The notes under the pieces are model-generated. The model was not told where the DNA came from and did not search any database. It saw nothing but the letters and a program-made list of their open reading frames with translations. A stretch of 64,000 nucleotides of DNA from an uncultured cyanobacterium (GTDB lineage: Bacteria > Cyanobacteriota > Cyanobacteriia > Cyanobacteriales > Nostocaceae): NCBI GenBank assembly GCA_963740315.1, contig CAVUDP010000004.1, forward strand, positions 704,001 through 768,000. The letters are read 5' to 3'. This document shows, one piece after another, positions 47,122-56,743 of this stretch (position 1 is its first letter; each line of letters starts with the position of its first letter). The position numbers were made by a program, and so were the translations under genes.

Positions 47122-48228
47122 CTATGCATTGCGGGGTTCTACCAAATTCTCAATTCCTTGAGTAACTTTGGCTGATTCGATTTTGTCCCCTTGCTTAATT
47201 TTTTCTAAAACTTCTTTACCTTCAGTGACATAACCAAACACGGAATAGCGTCCATCTAACAAGTTGCGTCCGGCTGGAGTCAGTTCGGGTTCAAATAGAA
47301 AGAAGAAAAATTGGGAAGAGCCGCCGTTAACTTCAGTTTCAGGACGAGCCATTGCTACAGCGCCGTAAGCGGAGAAAGGTAAAACAGGCATTTCGGTGTA
47401 AAGTCCAGCTTGTTCGAGAGTAATGCCATATATTGGTTCTTTATCTCCTTCTACAAGCACTTCCAGGGGAATAGCGCGATATTCCTTTGTTTTTGGGTCA
47501 ATAAAACCTACTTCTTTACCCGGTGGATCTCCAGCTTGCAGTACGTAAAAATCTTCCGCACGTAAGAATTCTAAGCCATTGTAAAAACCGCGATCGACCA
47601 AATCTACAAAGTTTCCAGCAGTAACTGGAGCGCTGTAGCCATCTAAAACAACTTCAACATCACCTTGAGTAGTTTTGACTTCTACCGTAGCGCGTCCTTT
47701 TAATTGAGGTAAATTACTGTATTCTGCGGGTACTTCATAAGGAAAACCCGTAACCATAGATTCTTCGAGCTTGCTTACCAAATTTAGAAGTTTGGCTCTT
47801 TCGATCCAAGTTTCTTCTTTGTCTTTAGTTTTTGCTACTTCTTGGAGCTTTTCTACACCGCTTTGCAGTTCGTTAATCCAAACAGAAGCTTGCTGTTGAT
47901 TTTCTTCAGGAACGCTTGCGAGTATTTTCTCTGGTTTACTAAGAGTGCGCGAAGCAGTTTTTAAATCATTCTTAATAGCTCCCCAACGCCGATTCGCCCG
48001 CAATTGAGTAGCAATATCTTCCAAGCTTTTTTGCAATCTCCGCACCGGCTCATTATCTATCGGAAGTGCATACCGTAGTAAAGCTTTACCATCGGTAATT
48101 GCATTTCCTGCGGGTAAAGCAGCAATACTGGAAGAAGTCCATCCAGTTGTACTTATTCCTAAAAATAACGTTACCAGCAGCAATGTAATTAGACTATTCT
48201 TCAAAGAAGATTTTAATAAATTAAACAT
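47122..48228 (-). CDS. Cyclophilin-type peptidyl-prolyl isomerase, CYP38/TLP40-like
   Basis: Signal peptide, ALLRYALPI helical domain, LDGYSAPVTAGNFVDLV, SSQFFF, LDGRYSVFGYV. Confidence 0.92.
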   Translation of the reverse strand: MFNLLKSSLKNSLITLLLVTLFLGISTTGWTSSSIAALPAGNAITDGKALLRYALPIDNEPVRRLQKSLEDIATQLRANRRWGAIKNDLKTASRTLSKPEKILASVPEENQQQASVWINELQSGVEKLQEVAKTKDKEETWIERAKLLNLVSKLEESMVTGFPYEVPAEYSNLPQLKGRATVEVKTTQGDVEVVLDGYSAPVTAGNFVDLVDRGFYNGLEFLRAEDFYVLQAGDPPGKEVGFIDPKTKEYRAIPLEVLVEGDKEPIYGITLEQAGLYTEMPVLPFSAYGAVAMARPETEVNGGSSQFFFFLFEPELTPAGRNLLDGRYSVFGYVTEGKEVLEKIKQGDKIESAKVTQGIENLVEPRNA

Positions 48229-48509
48229 GGATCTAATGATGCAACATCAAATTATTTTAGATTTCGTCGTAACTATGAATAATCTTCCCACAGTAGAGTA
48301 AGCAGAGGAAGCGGGGGAAGCCGGGGAAGCACAAAGGGTTTGGAATATCAATCAGTATTGAGTAATACACATATACGCAGAATTGCTCAAAGTTTCTTAA
48401 ACAGGAGCGGTTTTATGTCCAGAGAAGCTAAATTAATAAGGTGAACTATATATTTAATAAAAGACTATTTGTCCAAATATTTTCAACACTGGAGTCTTAA
48501 AAATAATCA

Positions 48510-48983
48510 ATGAGTACAGACAAAAAAGCTCAAGGTTACAAAGTTATCGCTGATAACCGTCAAGCCCGTTATTTATACGAAATTCTGGAAACCTACGAAG
48601 CTGGAATTCAGCTAACGGGAACCGAAGTTAAGTCTATCCGGGCTGGTAGAGCTAACCTTCAAGATGGATATGCAACGATTCGCGACAATGAAGCATGGTT
48701 GTTAAACGTACATATTTCACCTTACAACTTTAGCGGAAAATACTTTAATCACGAACCGCGTCGAAGCCGCAAACTTTTACTTCATCGCGACGAAATTCGC
48801 AAGCTGATCGGGAAAACGGAACAGCAAGGTTTGACTTTAGTACCTTTAAAAATGTATTTAAAAGGCGGTTGGGTAAAAATTAGTATTGCTCTTGGTAAAG
48901 GTAAGAAAATTCACGACAAGCGAGAAACCATCAAAAAACGTCAAGATCAGCGTGAAATGCAACGCGCAATGAAAAGTTATTAA
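48510..48983 (+). CDS. smpB: SsrA-binding protein
   Basis: NRQARYLY, YEAGIQLTGTEVKSIR, RKLLLH, GKGKKIHDKR. Confidence 0.98.
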   Translation: MSTDKKAQGYKVIADNRQARYLYEILETYEAGIQLTGTEVKSIRAGRANLQDGYATIRDNEAWLLNVHISPYNFSGKYFNHEPRRSRKLLLHRDEIRKLIGKTEQQGLTLVPLKMYLKGGWVKISIALGKGKKIHDKRETIKKRQDQREMQRAMKSY

Positions 48984-48984
48984 A

Positions 48985-49125
48985 TGGGGAGTAGGGAGTA
49001 GGGGACAAGGTGATGGGGAGATGGGGAGTACTTCGACAAGTCTTACAGTGAGCTACGTCGAACTGCTCAGTAACCTTTGGGGAGATGGGGAAGAGGGGAC
49101 AAGGGGACAAGGGGACAAGGGGATA
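48985..49125 (+). repeat. G-rich repeats interrupted by a CTTCGACAAG...GCTCAG palindromic element
   Basis: GGGGAGAT/GGGGACAA units flanking 49028-49075. Confidence 0.7.
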
Positions 49126-49133
49126 AAAATAAT

Positions 49134-49210
49134 TTTAACCTTTAACCTTTAACCTTTAACCTTTAACCTTTAACCTTTAACCTTTAACCTTTAACCTTTA
49201 ACCTTTAACC
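49134..49210 (+). repeat. (TTTAACC)x11 perfect heptamer tandem repeat
   Basis: 77 bp of uninterrupted TTTAACC. Confidence 0.97.
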
Positions 49211-49250
49211 TTAATTACTCCTAACTCTTTTAATCTAAAATCCCTGGGAG

Positions 49251-49655
49251 CTATTTTAAAAGATAGCTATGCCAAATTGAGGTATCTTCATTGCTTCGGG
49301 GAGGAAGCAGTAATCTCCAGGTTTTGCCTTCTTTTTGCAACTGTATGTAAATGTCGAAAACTTTTTGTGGTTGCTCTAAAATCCGTTCTGGTAACTTCAA
49401 ATTTAAGTCATAAGTACCCTGGATTCGGAAAGCTGGTAAATGTTCAACCGTAATCAGCTTCCGTCGCTTAATCGATAAATGATTAACTTCGAGTTCGCTA
49501 AAATCCAAATTTAACTTTTGACTAAGCTGCTCTTGCGTTTCCTGCATCGAAAGAGCGATCGCCTTTTTGACTAAATTTTTATTTGGTGATGGCGTACCAA
49601 AACTACAAGCCGTTAATAGCACCACTAAAATCGCCGTTAAAACCAGTCTTAACAT
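49251..49655 (-). CDS. Putative lipoprotein
   Basis: Lipobox LTAC after a hydrophobic stretch; FDIYIQLQKEGKTWRL. Confidence 0.8.
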   Translation of the reverse strand: MLRLVLTAILVVLLTACSFGTPSPNKNLVKKAIALSMQETQEQLSQKLNLDFSELEVNHLSIKRRKLITVEHLPAFRIQGTYDLNLKLPERILEQPQKVFDIYIQLQKEGKTWRLLLPPRSNEDTSIWHSYLLK

Positions 49656-49829
49656 TTGAGTTAGTTGTTAGTTGTTAATAATTAGTAGTTGTGAGTTAGG
49701 AGTTATGAGTTATGAGTTAAAAATAGTTTCTTCCCCCTCTCCCCCTCTCCCCCTCTCCCCCCTCTCCCCCTCTTCCCCCTCTCCCCCATCACCTTGTTCA
49801 CTGATAATTGATAATTGATAACTGATTCT

Positions 49830-50828
49830 ATGCAAGTCAAAGAAATTGGCGAACAAGGACTTTTAAAAATATTGCAGCGCTTCTGCCCTCCAGACATTAT
49901 CGGCGATGATGGAGCAGTATTAACAACTGCTGCCGAAAAATCTTTGGTAGTGACGACAGATGTATTAATTGATAAAGTTCATTTCAGCGAAACTACTACT
50001 TCTCCAGAAGATGTCGGTTGGCGAGCGGCAGCAGCCAATCTTTCCGATCTAGCAGCGATGGGGGCTTCACCGTTAGGGATTACTGTCGGCTTGGGGCTAC
50101 CGGGAGAGACTCCGGTAAATTGGGTTGAAAATCTATACCGGGGAATGACCCAGTGTTTACAAAAATATCATACTCCGATTGTGGGAGGTGACATAGTGCG
50201 ATCGCCAATTATCACCGTGGCGATTACAGCTTTCGGACAAGTTTCTCCACAACTTACCATTCTTCGCAATCAAGCTAGAGTGGGAGATGCAATTGTGGTT
50301 ACGGGTTGTCATGGAGCTTCCCGTGCGGGATTGGAGTTGCTGCTGCACCCCGATTCGATCGCAAACCTAAGTAAAGATGATAAAGAATATTTAATTAAAG
50401 CACATCAACGACCGAAACCACGTTTAGATGTTTTACCAATTTTAGAAGAGATTGTATCCAACTCCGTGGTAAATATTTGTGGAATGGATAGCAGCGACGG
50501 TTTAGCAGATGCAGTATTACAAGTTTGCCAATCTAGTCAAGTTGGCGCAATTATTCAAGCCGAGCAGATTCCTTTGCATAAAGCTTTTCAAGGTTGGCTA
50601 ACAAAAGAACAAGCCTTGGAATATGCCATGTACGGTGGCGAAGATTTTGAATTGCTGCTTTGCTTACCCAAACTTGCTGCAAATGAATTAGTAGAAAAAA
50701 TTGGTGATGATGCAGCGATAATCGGAACAATTACTAATGGCGATCGCGTGTTATTGCACCAGAGCGATCGTGAAATCCCCGATCGAGTTTTAAACTTAAG
50801 CCGGGGATTTCAACATTTCGCAAATTAA
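49830..50828 (+). CDS. thiL: Thiamine-monophosphate kinase
   Basis: IGDDGA, TTDVLI..VHF, NLSDLAAMG, GGD, MDSSDGL, GGEDFELL. Confidence 0.96.
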   Translation: MQVKEIGEQGLLKILQRFCPPDIIGDDGAVLTTAAEKSLVVTTDVLIDKVHFSETTTSPEDVGWRAAAANLSDLAAMGASPLGITVGLGLPGETPVNWVENLYRGMTQCLQKYHTPIVGGDIVRSPIITVAITAFGQVSPQLTILRNQARVGDAIVVTGCHGASRAGLELLLHPDSIANLSKDDKEYLIKAHQRPKPRLDVLPILEEIVSNSVVNICGMDSSDGLADAVLQVCQSSQVGAIIQAEQIPLHKAFQGWLTKEQALEYAMYGGEDFELLLCLPKLAANELVEKIGDDAAIIGTITNGDRVLLHQSDREIPDRVLNLSRGFQHFAN

Positions 50829-50876
50829 GAACTGAGAATTAAGAGTTAAGAGAAAGATTTTTAACTCCTAACTCCC

Positions 50877-50904
50877 GTAGAGACGTAGCATGCTACGTCT
50901 CTAC
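50877..50904. repeat. Perfect 28-bp GTAGAGACG-family palindrome
   Basis: GTAGAGACGTAGCATGCTACGTCTCTAC, between convergent thiL and gap2. Confidence 0.92.
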
Positions 50905-50916
50905 AACTTCTAACTT

Positions 50917-51936
50917 TTAGTTATTCCACTTCTGAGCAACCAATTCAGCCAAATCAACAACGCGCTGGCTGTAACCCCATTCGTTGTCATACCAAGCCAT
51001 AACTTTAACCAAGTCGCCACCCAAAACCATTGTGAGACTGGCATCTACAACCGAAGAGGTATCGCTACCTTTAAAATCGGATGACACTAAAGGTAAATCG
51101 CAGTAACCTAAAAAGCCTTTGAGCTCACCTTCAGCAGCATTTTTAAAAGCTTGGTTGAGCTCTTCAGTAATGGTTGGCTTCTCAACTTGGACTACAAAAT
51201 CTACCATCGAAACGTTAGGAGTAGGCACTCGTAATGCCACACCGTTGAGTTTTCCTTTGAGATTTGGTAACACTAACGCTACAGCTTTTGCCGCACCAGT
51301 AGAGGTGGGTACAATGTTCATTGCTGCGGCTCTAGCACGACGCACGTCTCGGTGAGAAGCGTCAAGTAAACGTTGGTCGCCCGTGTAGCTGTGAGTGGTA
51401 GTCATGGTACCTTTGATGATACCAAACTTCTCATCCAACACTTTAGCTATAGGAGCCAAGCAGTTAGTGGTACAGCTAGCATTACTAACCACGTCGTACT
51501 TGTTTGGATCGTAATCTTGATGATTTACTCCCATTACAAAGGTACCAACGTTACCGCCTTTTCCAGGTGCCGTAATTAAAACCTTTTTAGCACCAGCTTT
51601 AATATGCTTTCTTGCCCCTTCTTCAGTGACAAACACCCCTGTTGACTCGATAACCAAGTCAACATCCCATTCTTTCCAGGGCAAGTTTTCTGGATTACGG
51701 TCAGACACGCATTTTATTGTTTTACCTTTAATTGTGATGGAGTTATCATCGGCAGAAATGTCAGCATTTTTTAAATTGCCTAGCATTGTGTCATACGTCA
51801 GCAAATGAGCATTCGTTCTGGGGTCCGAGGTATCGTTAATAGCAACAACTTCAAGGTTACTATTTTCTCTCGTCATCCAACAGCGCATAAAGTTACGTCC
51901 GATCCGACCGAAACCATTAATTGCAACTCTAACCAC
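50917..51936 (-). CDS. gap2: Glyceraldehyde-3-phosphate dehydrogenase, NAD(P)-dependent Gap2 type
   Basis: [19 protein letters not shown], and [24 protein letters not shown] typical of photosynthetic GAPDH. Confidence 0.92.
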   Translation of the reverse strand: MVRVAINGFGRIGRNFMRCWMTRENSNLEVVAINDTSDPRTNAHLLTYDTMLGNLKNADISADDNSITIKGKTIKCVSDRNPENLPWKEWDVDLVIESTGVFVTEEGARKHIKAGAKKVLITAPGKGGNVGTFVMGVNHQDYDPNKYDVVSNASCTTNCLAPIAKVLDEKFGIIKGTMTTTHSYTGDQRLLDASHRDVRRARAAAMNIVPTSTGAAKAVALVLPNLKGKLNGVALRVPTPNVSMVDFVVQVEKPTITEELNQAFKNAAEGELKGFLGYCDLPLVSSDFKGSDTSSVVDASLTMVLGGDLVKVMAWYDNEWGYSQRVVDLAELVAQKWNN

Positions 51937-53009
51937 AGTTCTTGCCCTCTGTATTTATCTCTAAACAGTGCTTATTTATGACCCCGATCATATCGCAAAG
52001 GGGGGGTATTAATAACTATAGAGTGCTAGATTCCTAAAAAAACTTGATAATTTATCCCGATTAGCTGCCGTAAACTCCGAGATTAGCCATATAGATTCTG
52101 ACAAATTCCGTTACCAAGTTACAAGAACAGGTTATTTGTTGCTGCATAAGTTACGAATAATACTTGACTAAGCTCTTTCTAAAGGGGTATGTATTAATTG
52201 CCAGTACATGGTATATGACTAATTGCCAGGTTGTTGTTCTACTTGCTTGCAGATTAACTCGGATTGAGTTATATTCACACCACTTGAGAATCGAGGTGCA
52301 GTAAAATAATTACACAATTGTGCCAATTACTTTCTTGAGTATCCGTAAAAGCATAGTCAGAAAAATATCCAAACTTGAAGATTAATGGTAGTAGTATTTA
52401 GGTACAAGGAATAACTTGCTAATAATGGTGTTGATAGTAGCAAATTTTTAGATTAATAGGTTGCTATCAAGAAACAGATACAACATGAATTCCAGAATCT
52501 ATATCCAAATGTTTGCTTTTTCTATAGCTTGTTTATAAGTTCATAGCGCTTCGGGCACCGAAATTCACTTTTTTAGATGTAGAAGCCATCCATAAGTTGT
52601 TTCAAGTACAAACAAGTGTATTTTATTAAATATGTCGGAGATGCTACTCTTATTTACTAGTTTTTCCAAACTTGTAGATATGGATTTTATCTTGACTCAA
52701 ATCTGATTTCATTACCAAGGTAGTATTGTAAAATTGCCTTCATGGATTGACAAAGTTGTATTGTGAATTACAATTGTTTATTTCCAGATTGTGCTTCTAT
52801 TCTCAGAAGAAACATAATAATAGTTTGGAAAGAGAAAAAAATGTCATCCGAGGTTAAAATCTTTCTGAACAACTAAAATAAGGGCAATAAATTGAATTTT
52901 AAATATGAAATAAAATATACATGACTTGTATCGGTACAAGTATATTTGTTCTGTACGATACACGTGTTCAAAATGTTAACGGTGTGGTGTGGTGTCAAAG
53001 GAAAAATCA

Positions 53010-54425
53010 ATGGTAAATGCAGTAGATTTTAGCGGTAGACCATTTCATTTCATTGGTGTGGGCGGTATAGGTATGTCAGCTTTGGCATATGTATTGGCTC
53101 AGAAAGGATTTCGGGTCAGTGGTTCAGATGTTCGCCCCAATCATATTACTCACAAATTAGAATCGATTGGAGTCAATTTTTTTGGTAAGCAAGATCCAGA
53201 GAACCTGGAGTTTTTTAGTAAAGATTTGTCAATTGCAAAAACACCCCAAGTAATTTGTTCTACAGCAATTAATGCCTCGAATTCTGAATACAAAGCAGCA
53301 TTAGAAAAGGGCTGCCCAATTTTCCATCGTTCGGATGTATTGGCAGCATTAATTTCCCAGTACAAAAGTATTGCCGTCGCAGGAACTCACGGTAAGACTA
53401 CTACAAGTAGCATGATTGGCTATATGCTGCTAGAAGCTGGCGTTGACCCAACAATTATTGTCGGTGGCGAAGTAAAAGCTTGGTCTGGCAACGCTCGTTT
53501 GGGACAAAGCCCTTATTTAGTCGCGGAGGCTGATGAGTCAGATGGTTCTTTGGTTAAGCATTCGCCAATATTTGGCATTATTACCAATATAGAGTTAGAC
53601 CATCCCGACCACTATGAAACATTAGAAGAAGTAGTAGATACTTTTAAAACATTTACAAGTCACTGTGAAACTGTAGTAGCTTCTATTGATTGCGAAACAG
53701 TACGCGATCGCTTTCAACCCGATATCAGCTACAGTCTCTCGCCTTCAAGCGGTGCCGATTACTATGTTACAAATATTGACTATCGCGCTGACGGTACCAC
53801 AGCTTTAGTTTGGGAAAAAGGTATTGCTCTGGGAGTGTTGAACTTAAGTGTATTGGGTCATCACAACCTAAGTAACGCTTTAGCAGCAGTCGCGATCGGT
53901 AGAGAGTTAGGTTTAGAATTTGGGGAAATTGCTAGAGGTTTAACTTCCTTTGAAGGTGCAAGACGACGCTTCGAGTTTCGAGGAGAAGTTGAGGGGATTA
54001 CCTTTATCGATGATTACGCGCATCACCCCAGCGAACTAAGTGCAACTCTAGCTGCTGCAAGGTTGCAAGCAAGACCGGGACAAAGGGTTGTCGCAATTTT
54101 CCAACCTCATCGCTACAGTCGCACAAAAACATTTTTGGCTGAATTTGCGACATCTTTTAGCCACGCGGATTTAGTTGTTCTTACCGATATCTACAGTGCG
54201 GGAGAACCAGATACTGGTTTAATTAGTGGCGAACAATTAGCCGCAGAAGTTGCCAAGCACAACTCGAATGTAGAGTACCAAGCTACTTTAGCTAACGTTC
54301 GCGAGTATTTGTTGCAAAACTTGCGTCCGGGAGATTTGGCATTATTCCTGGGTGCTGGAAACTTGAACCAGACAATTCCCGAAGTTATGAACTTTATAAA
54401 GCAACCAGCACAAGTTACATCCTAA
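53010..54425 (+). CDS. murC: UDP-N-acetylmuramate--L-alanine ligase
   Basis: HFIGVGGIGMSALA, GTHGKTTTS, EADESDGS, DDYAHHP, FQPHRYSR. Confidence 0.97.
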   Translation: MVNAVDFSGRPFHFIGVGGIGMSALAYVLAQKGFRVSGSDVRPNHITHKLESIGVNFFGKQDPENLEFFSKDLSIAKTPQVICSTAINASNSEYKAALEKGCPIFHRSDVLAALISQYKSIAVAGTHGKTTTSSMIGYMLLEAGVDPTIIVGGEVKAWSGNARLGQSPYLVAEADESDGSLVKHSPIFGIITNIELDHPDHYETLEEVVDTFKTFTSHCETVVASIDCETVRDRFQPDISYSLSPSSGADYYVTNIDYRADGTTALVWEKGIALGVLNLSVLGHHNLSNALAAVAIGRELGLEFGEIARGLTSFEGARRRFEFRGEVEGITFIDDYAHHPSELSATLAAARLQARPGQRVVAIFQPHRYSRTKTFLAEFATSFSHADLVVLTDIYSAGEPDTGLISGEQLAAEVAKHNSNVEYQATLANVREYLLQNLRPGDLALFLGAGNLNQTIPEVMNFIKQPAQVTS

Positions 54426-54584
54426 ATAATCGTACTTGCCGACATTATGGGGTGAACCAGCGGCGACATCTGCTAATTCTCCCCTACAATATTTTTTGTA
54501 TATGTCGGACAAGTAATTAATTGCTAATTCCCAAATCGTATTATTACGGTTTTTTCACGTCAAAATTATTTAATACTGGCAAAT

Positions 54585-55574
54585 ATGACCATTTCCCAGG
54601 CGCAGAATGTTTGTAAACCTTCTAAAATTACCACTAACTTAGGAGAAATGAAAGTGGACGGTAAGAGCGAAGGAATTTCTTTAGGCGGTACTGACTGTAT
54701 TATCAAGCCTAAAGTTTCCTTATCTTCCTATACTTCCTACAGAGTTGGTGGTCCGGCAGAATGGTTTGTTGCTCCCCGTTCTAGTGAATCTTTACAAGCC
54801 AGCGTCGAATATGCCAAAGAACACGAGCTATCAATCACAGTACTTGGTGCTGGTTCCAACTTATTAATCAGCGATCGCGGTATCCCAGGTTTAGTTATCG
54901 TTACTCGCCATATGCGACATTGTAATTTTGATTCCGAAACTGGTATGGTAACATTTGCTGCCGGAGAATCAATTCCTGCTTTAGCATGGGCAGCCGCCGA
55001 ACGTGGTTTAGAAGGGTTTGAATGGGCTGTTGGCATTCCAGGAACCGTTGGCGGTGCTGTAGTGATGAATGCTGGAGCGCACAATAGCTGTATTGCAGAT
55101 ATGTTAGTTAGCGTTGAGGTTCTTTCTCCTGACGGTACTTTGCAAACTTTGAGTGCCGAACAGTTGAACTATAGCTATCGTACTTCTGTACTGCAAGGCA
55201 GCAACTTAATAGTCACTCAAGCAACTTTGCAACTTCAGCCCGGTGCAGATCCAGCAGAAGTGACGGCAACAACCAAGCAACATAAAAAACATCGACTAGC
55301 TACCCAACCTTATCATTTACCAAGTTGCGGCAGCGTATTCCGCAATCCCAAACCTCATTCCGCAGGTAGGTTAATCGAAGAAGCTGGGCTTAAAGGCTTT
55401 CAAATTGGGCAAGCGCAAGTAGCCCAACGCCATGCTAATTTTATAGTTAATTGTGGTGGAGCCTCCGCTAACGATATTTTCAATCTTATTTATCACGTCC
55501 AGCGTCAAGTACAAGAACGCTGGTCGATTGGGTTACACCCAGAAGTAAAAATGTTGGGATTTCAATCAGCTTAA
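54585..55574 (+). CDS. murB: UDP-N-acetylenolpyruvoylglucosamine reductase
   Basis: YRVGGPA, LGAGSNLL, GIPGTVGGAVVMNAGA, SCGSVFRNP, HANFIVN. Confidence 0.97.
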   Translation: MTISQAQNVCKPSKITTNLGEMKVDGKSEGISLGGTDCIIKPKVSLSSYTSYRVGGPAEWFVAPRSSESLQASVEYAKEHELSITVLGAGSNLLISDRGIPGLVIVTRHMRHCNFDSETGMVTFAAGESIPALAWAAAERGLEGFEWAVGIPGTVGGAVVMNAGAHNSCIADMLVSVEVLSPDGTLQTLSAEQLNYSYRTSVLQGSNLIVTQATLQLQPGADPAEVTATTKQHKKHRLATQPYHLPSCGSVFRNPKPHSAGRLIEEAGLKGFQIGQAQVAQRHANFIVNCGGASANDIFNLIYHVQRQVQERWSIGLHPEVKMLGFQSA

Positions 55575-55758
55575 CGAGGCGCGATCGCAGATTGGAAGAA
55601 TACGGATTCTAAATGTAATATTCAGTAAAAAATCTTTCGTATCTAATAAAAGGGCGGTTAATTGGGTACATTACCTTAAGATAAAAAACTATCAAATAAC
55701 ACGACGCATCTATAATTGAATTTGATTTGTTATTGAAAGCACAAGCTGACTATTTATT

Positions 55759-56106
55759 ATGACAGGAAAAGGACAAGGATTTGGTTTTGGTTTGGGAAAA
55801 ATGAAGGAACTCGCTGAAGCCTTCAAAAAAGCCCAGCAAGTTCAAGAAGGAGCCAAACAACTCCAAGAAGAATTGGAGCAAATGGAAATCCAAGGAGAAT
55901 CTGGCGGTGGAATGGTAAAGGTGATTCTTAGTGGAAATCAAGAACCCAAACGAGTAGAAGTTTCTCCCGATGCCATGAATGAAGGAGCTGAAGTACTTTC
56001 CGATTTGGTGACAGCAGCAATGAAAGATGCTTACAACAAATCCACTGCTACCATGCGCGATCGCATGGAAGATTTGACTAGCGGATTGGAACTTCCCGGA
56101 TTTTAA
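55759..56106 (+). CDS. YbaB/EbfC nucleoid-associated protein
   Basis: [29 protein letters not shown]. Confidence 0.93.
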   Translation: MTGKGQGFGFGLGKMKELAEAFKKAQQVQEGAKQLQEELEQMEIQGESGGGMVKVILSGNQEPKRVEVSPDAMNEGAEVLSDLVTAAMKDAYNKSTATMRDRMEDLTSGLELPGF

Positions 56107-56190
56107 TTTTTAATCTTCAGTTAAAGCTTGCATCGGCATTCTAAAATGCCAGAAATTGCAAAACTTTGAACGGGAATACTCGCGCTCATT

Positions 56191-56676
56191 ATGGCTTATA
56201 AGCTGCTATTTGTCTGCTTGGGTAACATTTGTCGTTCGCCAACCGCAGAAAATGTCATGAATCACTTAGTAGAAAAAGCTGGTTTAAGTGATTCTATTGT
56301 GTGTGATTCTGCTGGAACATCAAGTTATCACATCGGTAGTCCACCAGATTCTCGTATGAGTGCTGCTGCGAATAGTCTTTTAGGATTTAAACTTCGCGGT
56401 GAAGCACGAGCCTTTGAATCATTCGATTTTGAAAACTTCGATTTGATTTTGGCGATGGATAGGGAGAATTATCGAAATATTCTTTCTATGGACTTGGATG
56501 GAAAATATCAAGACAAAGTGCGCTTGATGTGTGACTATTGCCGCAAATATTCTCTAAAAGAAGTTCCTGACCCCTATTATGGTGGAACGGAAGGCTTTAA
56601 TCAAGTCGTAAATTTACTTGTTGATGCTTGTGGAGGACTTTTAGAGGATATTCGTGCAACTCAGATAAACTTGTAA
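56191..56676 (+). CDS. Low molecular weight protein-tyrosine phosphatase
   Basis: FVCLGNICRSP (CX5R), DSAGT, VPDPYYGG. Confidence 0.96.
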   Translation: MAYKLLFVCLGNICRSPTAENVMNHLVEKAGLSDSIVCDSAGTSSYHIGSPPDSRMSAAANSLLGFKLRGEARAFESFDFENFDLILAMDRENYRNILSMDLDGKYQDKVRLMCDYCRKYSLKEVPDPYYGGTEGFNQVVNLLVDACGGLLEDIRATQINL

Positions 56677-56700
56677 GAATTTAAAGTTAGTTCTCGATTT

Positions 56701-56738
56701 TAAGTTAAGAGTTATAAGCGATAACTCTTAACTTTTTT
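56701..56738. terminator. Hairpin between convergent genes
   Basis: AAGTTAAGAGTTAT / ATAACTCTTAACTT followed by a T run. Confidence 0.6.
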
Positions 56739-56743
56739 AATAT

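Noticed and set aside
48984..49250. tmRNA (ssrA) next to smpB
   Set aside because: No tRNA-like ends or tag reading frame; only simple repeats.
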